From NCBI GenBank assembly GCA_965220745.1, contig CBDCQT010000010.1, forward strand, positions 64,001-128,000: DNA of 64,000 bases. The letters are read 5' to 3'. The stretch comes from Alphaproteobacteria bacterium. GTDB taxonomy: Bacteria > Pseudomonadota > Alphaproteobacteria > UBA828. How positions within the stretch are numbered: the stretch's first letter is position 1; the number at the start of each line of letters is the position of its first letter. Of the stretch, positions 30,924-39,198 are shown piece after piece. Made by a program: the position numbers and the translations under genes. The notes beneath the pieces were generated by a model. It was given only the letters and a program-made list of their open reading frames with translations, was not told the DNA's origin and did no database searches.

Positions 30924-32159
30924 GTGATCGCTCAGGCCATACTGCGGAGGCCGCCGGCGTTGATCGCCGTGATGTGCCTCGCCGAGGTGCTCGCGATGAC
31001 CGGCTTCGCGGCCTACTGGTCGCTGCTGCCAGTGCTCCAGGCCGAGTGGCACATGAGCAATGCCCTGGCCGGCTGGCTTTCGGGCGCATTCTTCGGCGGC
31101 TATGTCCTCGTGGTCGCGTTTCTGACCGCGATGACGGACCGGGTCGATGCCCGCTACGTCTTCATCCTGGGTGCGGCGCTGTCTGCCGCCGGCCTGGTCG
31201 GGCTGGCGCTGCTGGCAACGGGATTCTGGTCGGCTCTGCCGTGGCGCGTGATCGCGGGCGCGGGCCTCGCCGGCACCTACATGCCGGGCCTCAAGGTGCT
31301 CACCGACCGCCTGCCGCAAGAACGACAGGCGCGTGCCGTCGCCTTCTACACGTCCTCCTTCAGCATCGGCACGGCCGTGTCCTATTCCCTCGCGGGCGGC
31401 GCGCTGGAGTGGTTCGGCTGGCGCGGCGCCCTGCTGTTCACGGCCGCCGGCCCGGTCCTTGCCGGCATCGCGCTTGCGACGATCGTTGCACCAAAGCAGC
31501 CGGAAGCGGCCACCGAGGAACGCGGCCACGTGCTCGACTTCCGCCCGGTGCTGCGCTCGCGGGAGACCATGGCCTACATCATGGCTTACGCCGGCCACGG
31601 GGCCGAGCTCTTCGCCATGCGCTCCTGGATCGTGCCCTTCCTGGTGTTCTGCCTGGGCAGCGGCAGCGGACGCGAACTCAACGCCACGCTCTTCGCCACG
31701 GCGATCGCCCTCGCCGCGGTGGTGTCGAGCATCGGCGGAGCGGAGCTCGCGTTGCGAATCGGCCGCGTGCGTCTGCTCACGTGGGTGATGCTGGCGACCT
31801 TTGCGATCAGCGTCGCGGTCGGCTTTTCCTCGCCGCTGCCCTTCGCCGCAGTGGTGGTGCTTTGCCTGATTTATTCTGCCGCGATTCAGGCCGATTCTGC
31901 GGCGCTTACCGCCGGTGCCGTCGCGACCTCGCCGGTGGGTCATCGCGGCGCGACGCTGGCGGTGCATTCGACGCTGGGGTTCGGTGGCTCGCTGTTCGCG
32001 CCGGCGCTCGTGGGCGTAGTGCTCGACGTTGCCGCGCCACTGGGCGGCACGACCGCGTGGGGTCTCGCTTTCCTTTCAATGGGATCGATGGCGCTGCTCG
32101 GCTACGTTTTTTTCCTGCTGGTACGCCGACGCCCGGCTCATGGGTCGACCTGGGGATAG
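30924..32159 (+). CDS. MFS transporter
   Basis: About 12 hydrophobic segments, motif A-like 'AMTDRVDAR'. Confidence 0.88.
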   Translation: MIAQAILRRPPALIAVMCLAEVLAMTGFAAYWSLLPVLQAEWHMSNALAGWLSGAFFGGYVLVVAFLTAMTDRVDARYVFILGAALSAAGLVGLALLATGFWSALPWRVIAGAGLAGTYMPGLKVLTDRLPQERQARAVAFYTSSFSIGTAVSYSLAGGALEWFGWRGALLFTAAGPVLAGIALATIVAPKQPEAATEERGHVLDFRPVLRSRETMAYIMAYAGHGAELFAMRSWIVPFLVFCLGSGSGRELNATLFATAIALAAVVSSIGGAELALRIGRVRLLTWVMLATFAISVAVGFSSPLPFAAVVVLCLIYSAAIQADSAALTAGAVATSPVGHRGATLAVHSTLGFGGSLFAPALVGVVLDVAAPLGGTTAWGLAFLSMGSMALLGYVFFLLVRRRPAHGSTWG

Positions 32160-32474
32160 ATCGCGACCAAACGCGCCGCTCCAATCCGAACCAAGATTTC
32201 GCGAAAGCGTGAGGCTCTATGTCGATTTGGACATACCATTTTATCTGTTCTATATGGCTTATTTACATGATAATGGAGTGTTCTGCCGCCGGTATCCCTG
32301 TCCTCGCTGGGCCGGTCGCAGCGTAGTCGCGGCGCCGCGTCCGATCCCGGGCCGGCGGCGGACAAGGCCCCGGTGCCGCTGGCGGCCACTGTTTGCCTCC
32401 TGGGCTCTCGGCGGTCCGGTGGCGCCGGGGCCGGCTTTACTTGCTGGGGACATCCACTGCGCCCGCGACTCCGC

Positions 32475-32861
32475 TCAGGCGCCCCCTCCCAGTAGATGTG
32501 CGTTGATCTGATCGAGCTGCTTGTCGAGCCCGGCGATCATCTTGTCCATGCCGTCGAGGGTCGCGCGGAGCGCCGCGATCTCCCCCTGAACCGCCGTGAC
32601 AGAGCGTCCGAGAGTTGCGAACTCACGGGCGTCGGGAAGGGATTCGAGCGCGGTGGAGAGCTTGACCAGACCGCGCTCGACGGTCTCCATGCGCGCGCCC
32701 AGGGCGCCGACGCCGGTGTCGCGCCTCTCCAGGTCGCTGACGCTCTTGGTGGTAACGGCGCCGGCGGATTCGAGCCGGCGCACGCGCACGAAGAGGCCGA
32801 CGCAGGCGGCGACGATGGCGCCGACCACGCCGCGCGCGACCCACGTCTCGAGATCGCTCAT
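32475..32861 (-). CDS. Mu-like gp25/DUF2730-type membrane-anchored coiled-coil protein
   Basis: N-terminal TM, 'LESLPDAREF...VQGEIAAL...LDQINAHLL' pattern; ATGA-coupled to the holin. Confidence 0.6.
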   Translation of the reverse strand: MSDLETWVARGVVGAIVAACVGLFVRVRRLESAGAVTTKSVSDLERRDTGVGALGARMETVERGLVKLSTALESLPDAREFATLGRSVTAVQGEIAALRATLDGMDKMIAGLDKQLDQINAHLLGGGA

Positions 32862-33388
32862 CGACCGGCCGCCCCGCCCTCGCGCGAACGCCGCTTCTCG
32901 ATCTGACGGGCGCCGAACCACCAGAGCATCGCGGCGGTGAAGAGATAGAGCACGGTCTCGACGATGCGGGGCCGGAGGCTTACGGCCGCGAGATCGGAGG
33001 CGCCGAGCAGGAAGTAGATCGCGCCCACGAGGGCGAAGAGGCTCCAGGTGAGCGCCGGCCGCGTGAGGCCCCGCACCACGTCGACGAGCTGCATGGCCCA
33101 GCCCTCGCCGGGTTTGGACCAGCGCCGGGCGGCTTCGCGGTAGGAAGCCTCCATGGCCTCCCACTCGGCCCGCTCGCGGGTGGCCTGAGCCTCGATGGCG
33201 GCATGGGCGGCCGCACCCTCTGCCTCGGCCTTGGCGAGCTCGATGTCGAGACGGCGCAGGTCCAGCTCCTGGGCGTGCCGCTGGCGCGACTGGAAGAAGT
33301 CGACCACGGCCGACAGCGCCGTGCCGAGCAGCCCGGTTGCGCCGCCGGTGAGCACCGAGACGCCGAAGTTGAAAAGCGTTTCAAGCAT
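32858..33388 (-). CDS. Putative holin (3-TM GTA-holin-like)
   Basis: N-terminal hydrophobic helix, coiled coil, 'VRGLTRPALTW...WWFGAR' motif; coupled to endolysin candidate. Confidence 0.65.
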   Translation of the reverse strand: MLETLFNFGVSVLTGGATGLLGTALSAVVDFFQSRQRHAQELDLRRLDIELAKAEAEGAAAHAAIEAQATRERAEWEAMEASYREAARRWSKPGEGWAMQLVDVVRGLTRPALTWSLFALVGAIYFLLGASDLAAVSLRPRIVETVLYLFTAAMLWWFGARQIEKRRSREGGAAGR

Positions 33389-33854
33389 GGGACTCTCCTA
33401 TGCGCCCTACCGCTTCGCTACTTGAGGGCGGGTTGATCTCCAGTTCGAAGGGTTGGTCCGCGGCCCAGTCCATGAGGTGGCGGAAGGCCGTGCGCGAGGC
33501 GAGCACCGCCACCTGCTGGCGCCCCTTCACGCTCAACCGCCCCCGGCGGAGACCGGGGAGCAGGCAGCCCTGGGTGTGGGTATGCCAGCCGCGCTCGACG
33601 TCGCCGCCGAGATTGCCGGCGTGGAAGAGGATGTAGCTGCGGCCCGGTACCTGAGTCACCAGCAGGCAGCGCCGGTGGCGCGGCGAAAGGTGCGGCACCA
33701 CCTCGTAGAGCCCGGCCGGGATGCAGGAGCGGTTGCGCCGGTTGCCGCGCCAGGGCGGTTCCATGATCCAGGTGGGCGAGAGGCCGGGGCCGCTCAGGAC
33801 CCCGAGTGTGCCCTGGTCGCTTTCGTGCCGCCGTGTGAGGGTCGCCCGTTGCAT
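33381..33854 (-). CDS. DUF5675-type phage protein, putative endolysin (peptidase)
   Basis: 'GTLGVL..MEPPW..N....SCIPAGLY...VPGRSYILFHAGN......TQGCLLPG'; start reassigned to ATG at 33854. Confidence 0.75.
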   Translation of the reverse strand: MQRATLTRRHESDQGTLGVLSGPGLSPTWIMEPPWRGNRRNRSCIPAGLYEVVPHLSPRHRRCLLVTQVPGRSYILFHAGNLGGDVERGWHTHTQGCLLPGLRRGRLSVKGRQQVAVLASRTAFRHLMDWAADQPFELEINPPSSSEAVGRIGESHA

Positions 33855-33905
33855 GGGGCGATCATGGCGGGGTGCGCCCCGCCCGTGCACCGCACCATGG
33901 TCCGG
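33852..33905 (-). promoter_or_regulatory. Putative Mor/C-type leaderless late promoter, copy A (lysis cassette)
   Basis: Minus strand: CCGGACCATGGTGCGG (33905-33890) + N23 + CATGAT + N6 + ATG (33854). Confidence 0.75.
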
Positions 33906-33937
33906 GTTCTACCGACCGCGTGCGCGTCGCCTTGCGG

Positions 33938-34480
33938 TCAGTCTACCAACCACTTCTTGCGCCAGAACTCGATCGCGTTGAGCGCCATGGTCGGGCCGAT
34001 AAGGTCGGGTGAGGCGCCGAGCGCCATGCGGCGCGGCGGGGGCGTGTCCGCGCCTTCCCAGGGTAACGGGCCCTCCCAGACGATCTTGTTCTCGATCGCG
34101 TAGAGCGCACAGTCGGGCCGCGCGGCGGGGTAAGCCTTCGCAACAGCCTCGCGGCACTGCTTGAGCGCCCGGTGCTCGTATTGGACATCCCTGATCGGCC
34201 CGGCCCAGATGTGGTCGAGGAGATGGCAGCCGCCTGTCGCGCAATAGACGTACCAGCCGCCCCGCCCGTTGCGGTCGAGCGCGAGCACGGCGTAGCCGCC
34301 GGGCCGCGCATGGCGCAGGTAGTCGCCCCACCACGCCGTGAACCAGGCGGGCGCACCGGCATGCAGCGCATCCGCGGAGGCTGCGGTGGCGCGAATCTTG
34401 TGGCCCTCGACGTGCGTGATCGGCGTGCAGGCGGCGAGCGCGACGGCCGCCAGAACGCCGATCAGAGCTGCGCGGCGCAT
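33938..34480 (-). CDS. Lipoprotein of unknown function, coupled to the repressor gene
   Basis: MRRAALIGVLAAVALAA|C lipobox; ATG overlaps repressor stop (TGATG). Confidence 0.7.
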   Translation of the reverse strand: MRRAALIGVLAAVALAACTPITHVEGHKIRATAASADALHAGAPAWFTAWWGDYLRHARPGGYAVLALDRNGRGGWYVYCATGGCHLLDHIWAGPIRDVQYEHRALKQCREAVAKAYPAARPDCALYAIENKIVWEGPLPWEGADTPPPRRMALGASPDLIGPTMALNAIEFWRKKWLVD

Positions 34481-35382
34481 CACTCGAAGGTGCGAGAGGC
34501 CCAGCGCACCTCGCCGATCACCTCCGCCTCCCGCGGCCACGGCACCGGCTGCCAGGACGGGTGATCGCTCGCGAGGAACCATTGCCGGCCGCGCCGCTCC
34601 AGCCGCTTCACGACCAGGCCCTCGCCGGTGGTGACCACGAAGATGCGCCCGGAACGGCGGCGGGTGCGGTCGCGGTCCACCAGGATCTTGGAGCCGGCCG
34701 GCAGCGTGGGCTCCATCGACTCGCCCCGCACCGAAATCACCACGCAGCGCGTCGGGTCGATGCCTTGGCCATCGAGCCAGTCACGGCGGAACCAGACCGG
34801 ACCCTTGACCGGTGCATCGTCGAGATTGACCGTGCCGCCGCCTGCCGCCGCTGCGACCTCGCGCGTCCCCACCGAGCGCGCGCCGGGCGGCACGCCGTTC
34901 TCGTTCGCTGCAGCGACCGGCCGGGCGTCGGAGTCGGTGAAGCCCGCCACAGGGGGCGCGCCCAGCTCCTCCGGGATCGGGTCGCCGCCAGCGTCTGCGA
35001 CGAGCCCCACCAGCGCCCGGACCGGCCCCTCCAGGCTGAATATCGGCACCGCCGGCGGGGCTGCCGGCAATGCACCGCCCCACTCCGTACCCGTCAATTC
35101 CGACAGTGCTCCCGCTCCCCCCAGGCCGACCTCGTCGTCCTCATCGTTGGCGCGCGCATCGGCAGGCGGACCGATCGAAAGTGTGAGCCCGAGCGCAGCA
35201 CAGATCTCGGCCGCGCGGTCCACCGAGGGCGCCTGTTGGCGGGTCGGGTCCAGAATTCCCCGCAGCGTCCAGGGCCGGAGCCCGCGGGCCGCCTCGAAGC
35301 GCCGCGCGCCCACGCCGGCGGCCGCCAGCGCCTCGCGCACGGCACGGCGGATCTGCTCGCTCGGTCGAGTCGATTCGTTCAT
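34480..35382 (-). CDS. CI-like repressor with HTH and S24 autopeptidase domain
   Basis: N-terminal HTH ('PSVDRAAEICAALG'), A-G site 'AAAAGGG', catalytic 'VRGESMEP' Ser and 'LVVKRL' Lys; TATATT-N6-ATG suggests a leaderless start at 35382. Confidence 0.88.
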   Translation of the reverse strand: MNESTRPSEQIRRAVREALAAAGVGARRFEAARGLRPWTLRGILDPTRQQAPSVDRAAEICAALGLTLSIGPPADARANDEDDEVGLGGAGALSELTGTEWGGALPAAPPAVPIFSLEGPVRALVGLVADAGGDPIPEELGAPPVAGFTDSDARPVAAANENGVPPGARSVGTREVAAAAGGGTVNLDDAPVKGPVWFRRDWLDGQGIDPTRCVVISVRGESMEPTLPAGSKILVDRDRTRRRSGRIFVVTTGEGLVVKRLERRGRQWFLASDHPSWQPVPWPREAEVIGEVRWASRTFE

Positions 35383-35456
35383 GTGCACAATATAGCACAA
35401 ACGGTTGTGCATAAAAGTGCTTGATATCGTCATGTGTGATCGTGCATATATGTCTT
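35383..35456. promoter_or_regulatory. Divergent cI/cro promoter-operator region
   Basis: AT-rich gap with dyad GCACAA-ACGG-TTGTGC (35395-35410), further TGCAC/GTGCA half-sites, and TTGATA -35-like at 35421. Confidence 0.7.
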
Positions 35457-35708
35457 ATGGTGCACAGTGACCAACTGCTCGTTACCCTCATCCACGCCTT
35501 TGCGGACGCCCGCAGCCTCTCCGTCTCCTACGCGTCGCGCCTCTTGACCGGCAGCGGCGACACGGTCGACCGCGTCACCGCCGGCGCGAGCATCACCGCG
35601 CGCCGTGCCGAGACCATCCTCCGCCGCGCCTCGCAGAACTGGCCCGCCGATCGCGCCTGGCCGGCGGACATTCCCCGCCCCGCGCCCGCGCCGAAAACCA
35701 ATAAGTAA
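35457..35708 (+). CDS. Cro-like small DNA-binding protein
   Basis: 83 aa, divergent from repressor, C-terminal 'NWPADRAWPADIPRP' motif typical of alphaproteobacterial prophage Cro-like proteins. Confidence 0.7.
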   Translation: MVHSDQLLVTLIHAFADARSLSVSYASRLLTGSGDTVDRVTAGASITARRAETILRRASQNWPADRAWPADIPRPAPAPKTNK

Positions 35709-35730
35709 TGGATTTGAAAGGGAGAACCCA

Positions 35731-36276
35731 ATGGCCGGAACCCATGCGCCACCAGTGACCTCTATGGAGGACATCGTCGCCTTCGCCCGGAGCTTCGCCG
35801 CTGCGCGGGCGACGACCGAGGCGCTGGCCGAAGACATCAAGGCGTTGCAACGCAAGGCCCTGGCTGGCCGGCTTCGTGCGCTGCGTAACCGCATTGCCGA
35901 GCAGTCGGCATCCGAAGACGCGCTGCGCACCGCAATCCTGGCCCGGCCGGACCTCTTCGTCAGCCCGCGCACGATTACGGTGGACGGCATCAGGCTCGGG
36001 CTCCGCAAGCAGCCCGGCGCCATTTCGCTGGACGACGAGGCGCTGACCATCGAGCGGCTGCGCGCGCGCTTTCCAGACCAAGCCGAGGCGCTGATCCGGG
36101 TCAAGGAGACGCTCGACCGCAGCGCGCTCCGCAAGCTCCCTGCGGGCGAGCTCGCGCAGATCGGCGTCACCATCGCGAAGGCGTCCGACGAAGTGACCAT
36201 TGTCGCCGCGCAAGGCGATCTCGACCGCATCGTCGCCGCCTTGCTGGACGACCACGCACCGGCGGAGGCGGCATGA
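35731..36276 (+). CDS. Mu Gam-like host-nuclease inhibitor
   Basis: Coiled coil then 'PDLFVSPRTITVDGIRLGLRKQPG...LIRVKETLDRSAL...LAQIGV'; SD GGAG upstream. Confidence 0.75.
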   Translation: MAGTHAPPVTSMEDIVAFARSFAAARATTEALAEDIKALQRKALAGRLRALRNRIAEQSASEDALRTAILARPDLFVSPRTITVDGIRLGLRKQPGAISLDDEALTIERLRARFPDQAEALIRVKETLDRSALRKLPAGELAQIGVTIAKASDEVTIVAAQGDLDRIVAALLDDHAPAEAA

Positions 36277-36902
36277 GGAGCGGACGCCAGCGCACCATGC
36301 GGCGGGAGGAGGCGCGGCCGGCGGCAGTGCCGGGCGCCCGCGCCCGCGCCGAGCGGCTGTGGGACGAAACGATCGTGCAGCCCTACGCAGCCGAGAGCGA
36401 TGCGAGCGAATCAAACGGCGCTCCCCTCCCTTCCGGGCCGGCGACGCGCAAGCTGCGGGCGCTCTGGCACAGCGCGTACCACCTGGGCCTGATCCACGAC
36501 CGCTCGGACGACGCGCTCGGTGCTTGGCTCCGTCGCCTCGCGCACCTCGATGGGAACGCCTGCGCCGAACCGGCCCGCCTCGACCGCCCCATCCAGGCAC
36601 TCAAGGCCTGGCTCGCGCGCGGCGCCGGGGTGGACTGGCGGCCGCACGTCTCCCTCGGGCAGGACGGGCGGGTGCGGGAGACGCGCCGCCCGCGGGCGCG
36701 CGTTCTGGAGGCGCAGTGGCGCCTGCTGCATCGCCAGGGGCGGGTGCGGATCGGAAGTGACGCGGCTCTCGGCGCCTACGCCGCCCGCCTTGTCGGCCTG
36801 GGCCGCACTGATTCGCATCTCGCTCTCAGCAACGCTCAGACCGATGCCCTGATCCGCCACTTCGGCAAGTGCATCCGCGCGGCGAGCGAACGCCATGACT
36901 GA
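36273..36902 (+). CDS. Mu gp16/GemA-like (DUF1018) protein, atypical N-terminus
   Basis: 'RKLRALWHSAYHLGLIHDRSDDALGAWLRR...IQALKAWLAR' GemA C-terminal pattern. Confidence 0.7.
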   Translation: MRSGRQRTMRREEARPAAVPGARARAERLWDETIVQPYAAESDASESNGAPLPSGPATRKLRALWHSAYHLGLIHDRSDDALGAWLRRLAHLDGNACAEPARLDRPIQALKAWLARGAGVDWRPHVSLGQDGRVRETRRPRARVLEAQWRLLHRQGRVRIGSDAALGAYAARLVGLGRTDSHLALSNAQTDALIRHFGKCIRAASERHD

Positions 36903-37242
36903 TGCCGCGCCTCTCCCCGGCGTGCTGGAGGAGATTGCGGATATCGCGGGCAGGCCGACGGCGATCGCGATGGCGCTGGCCTGGGGCGGGCGGGAGGTTC
37001 ACATCCCCAAACCGCGCTATCTGGCGCGACACCCCGACCACCCCCTCGCCCGCCTGCTGGAGGCCGAGGGGACCGCGTTCCAGGTCGCCGACTATCTCGG
37101 CGGTTCCGGCGTCTACCTGCCGCGGGCGCGCCGTGCCTGCGCCGTCCACCTCGCCGCCGCCGGCGCGACCGCCGTCGAGATCGCGGCGCGCCTCTCCCTC
37201 TCCCCCAGCGCGGCGCGGCGCTACATCAGGGGCGTGTCCTGA
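36895..37242 (+). CDS. Mor/C-family transcription activator
   Basis: 'LPGVLEEIADIAG...AWGGREVHIP...HPLARLL...GGSGVYLP' plus C-terminal HTH 'AVEIAARLSLSPSAARRY'; follows gemA as in Mu-like phages. Confidence 0.72.
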   Translation: MTDAAPLPGVLEEIADIAGRPTAIAMALAWGGREVHIPKPRYLARHPDHPLARLLEAEGTAFQVADYLGGSGVYLPRARRACAVHLAAAGATAVEIAARLSLSPSAARRYIRGVS

Positions 37243-37456
37243 GGCAGCCGCCGCGCGCATGAGTGCTATGCTTGAGAGGTAGCCCGTCCGGCGTTGCACA
37301 TTAGTCGCGTCATAACCACATCACGGGTGGCGGCGCAGTGCCCACATTCCCGCGTGGGAGCGGGCCGTGCCGCCACAGAGTCAACAAGGGCCACGCACCA
37401 GCGAGAGGTCCATCGAGCGGCAGCCACCGCAGCCCGGTCAGAAAAGGAACGTCGTC

Positions 37457-37951
37457 ATGTCCCAGACATTGCACCCCACGAAGATCGACATTGCCGACAA
37501 CACGCGTGCCGCGATGGTCGCGCTGCTCAACGCCCGCCTGGCTGACGCGGTGGACCTCGCCACCCAGATGAAGCAGGCCCATTGGAACGTGAAGGGCCCC
37601 TCCTTCATCGCGCTGCACGAGCTCTTCGACGCGATCCACGTGGCGGTTCAGGGCCATGTCGACAACCTCGCGGAGCGCATTACGGTGCTGGGCGGCACCG
37701 CGCGGGGAACTGCGGCCGTGGCCGCGGCGGCCTCAGGGCTCCCCGCCTATCCGCTGGAGATCACGGCGGGCACCGACCACGTGGAGGCCGTGAGCGTGGC
37801 GCTGGCCACCTTCGGCAAGGGCATCCGCGCCGCCATCGCCGAAGCGGGCGATGCCGGTGATGCCGACACCGAGGACCTGTTCGTCGAGGTCTCGCGCGAC
37901 ATCGACAAGAACCTCTGGCTGGTCGAGGCCCACGCCCAGGCGCAACGCTAG
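37457..37951 (+). CDS. dps: DNA protection during starvation protein Dps
   Basis: 'KQAHWNVKGPSFIALHELFD', 'DNLAERI', 'DKNLWLVEAH'. Confidence 0.95.
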   Translation: MSQTLHPTKIDIADNTRAAMVALLNARLADAVDLATQMKQAHWNVKGPSFIALHELFDAIHVAVQGHVDNLAERITVLGGTARGTAAVAAAASGLPAYPLEITAGTDHVEAVSVALATFGKGIRAAIAEAGDAGDADTEDLFVEVSRDIDKNLWLVEAHAQAQR

Positions 37952-37986
37952 AGCACGACCTGATGGGATCGCATCCGCTCGTTGCG

Positions 37987-38002
37987 CGGCACGCTTCTTG
38001 CA
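37987..38002 (+). promoter_or_regulatory. Possible sigma-54 -24/-12 element
   Basis: CGGCACG-CTTC-TTGCA matches the GG-N10-GC consensus; intergenic upstream of the XRE regulator. Confidence 0.3.
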
Positions 38003-38020
38003 TGCAGCGTGACCCGAGAA

Positions 38021-38069
38021 CCCCCCACCTCACCCCGGCCCTCTCCGCCCCCAGGGGCGGAGAGGGAGA
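38021..38069. repeat. REP-like palindrome (CCCTCTCC...GGAGAGGG family); partial copy at ~44410-44440
   Basis: CCTCACCCCGGCCCTCTCCGCCCCCAGGGGCGGAGAGGG hairpin; CCTCACCCCGGCCCTCTCC recurs near 44416. Confidence 0.65.
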
Positions 38070-38328
38070 GTAAGCCGGCGCCGCCTGGAATCCCGCCTGT
38101 CTCACTTATCTCACTTATCCCACTGGTCTCACCGAATCCCGGCGAATCCCGCCTGAACTTTTGGCGTGCCCGTCTCACGCGGGAGAGCGCGATGCCGCGT
38201 GGGACGCGACTCTCTTTCCTCGCTGACGCTGCCGGTAGCGATCCCGCTGCCAGCGAAGAGCGGTTGACTTGGCGCCGCCCGATGCGTCAGGATTTTACCC
38301 AGAGTGAAATCAGGGGGCGCCTCGGGAG

Positions 38329-38949
38329 ATGGCCAAGAGTTCGGCGAAGGCACAGTCGGCGGAGGCGGATGCCCCCTTGGGAAAGCGGCTGCGCGACCGC
38401 CGCCAGCAGCTCGGGCTGACCCTCAAGCAGGTCGCCGACGGGGCCGGGCTTTCGGTCGGCTTCATCTCCCAGATTGAACGAGGACTAAACGCGCCCTCGC
38501 TTTCGTCGCTTGCCGCCATCTCCGGCGTGCTGGGCACGCACGTCACCGAGTTTCTCGCCCCGCCGCGCCCCGATGCGCCGTTTACGCTGATGGGAGAGCG
38601 GCCGAGCTTCACCATTGAGAAGCTCGCGCTCCGCTACGAGCGCATTTCGGCGTCCTTCCCCGGCAGCGTTCTCAACTGCGTCATCATCCACAAGCCGCCG
38701 GGTCATCGCTCCGAATGGATACGGCACGAGGGCGAGGAGCTGTTCTACATCCTGGAAGGAGCCATCACGGTGGAGACCGAGGACGAGAGCACCGTGCTCG
38801 AGGCCGGCTCCTCCATCCATTTCAAGTCCACGCGGCGGCATTCGAGCTGGAACCACGGCACGTCGACGGCCGTGATTCTGCACGTCTGCACATCGGACAT
38901 TTTTGGGGACCACAACAGGCGGCCACAGGCGGCCGAGATCGAAGAGTGA
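38329..38949 (+). CDS. XRE-family HTH + cupin transcriptional regulator
   Basis: 'LTLKQVADGAGLSVGFISQIERG..PSLSSL', 'HEGEELFYILEG'. Confidence 0.92.
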   Translation: MAKSSAKAQSAEADAPLGKRLRDRRQQLGLTLKQVADGAGLSVGFISQIERGLNAPSLSSLAAISGVLGTHVTEFLAPPRPDAPFTLMGERPSFTIEKLALRYERISASFPGSVLNCVIIHKPPGHRSEWIRHEGEELFYILEGAITVETEDESTVLEAGSSIHFKSTRRHSSWNHGTSTAVILHVCTSDIFGDHNRRPQAAEIEE

Positions 38950-38997
38950 GACTAGTGACCCGTTCGAGAAGTTTCTATTTGTCCACGCCGCCCCTCA

Positions 38998-39106
38998 CGT
39001 CATGGCCGGGCTTGTCCCGGCCATCCACGTGTTTTTCGTGCGGCAGGGGCAAAGAACGTGGATGCCCGGAACACCCCCGGACTTGATCCGGGGGCCGGGC
39101 ATGACG
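38998..39106. repeat. Paired palindromic REP/RPE-like element
   Basis: CGTCATGGCCGGGCTTGTCCCGGCCATCCACG ... GTGGATGCCCGG..CCGGGCATGACG; same family as the 28.2-28.7 kb repeats. Confidence 0.8.
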
Positions 39107-39198
39107 ACGTGAGAGAGAGGCGCGGTTGTTGAGATCGCTCTCCGGCATGACCGTATGCGAATTAACTTCAAAAGCAGGAGACAAGGGAGAACCATGAC

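Noticed and set aside
37457-37951. dps as part of the phage-derived module
   Set aside because: It has its own SD and intergenic region, no copy of the late-promoter dyad, and looks like an ordinary host Dps.
38085-38160. Short tandem repeats (TCTCACTTA x2, GAATCCCGCCTG x2)
   Set aside because: Too short and few to support a function; they lie next to a REP-like element.
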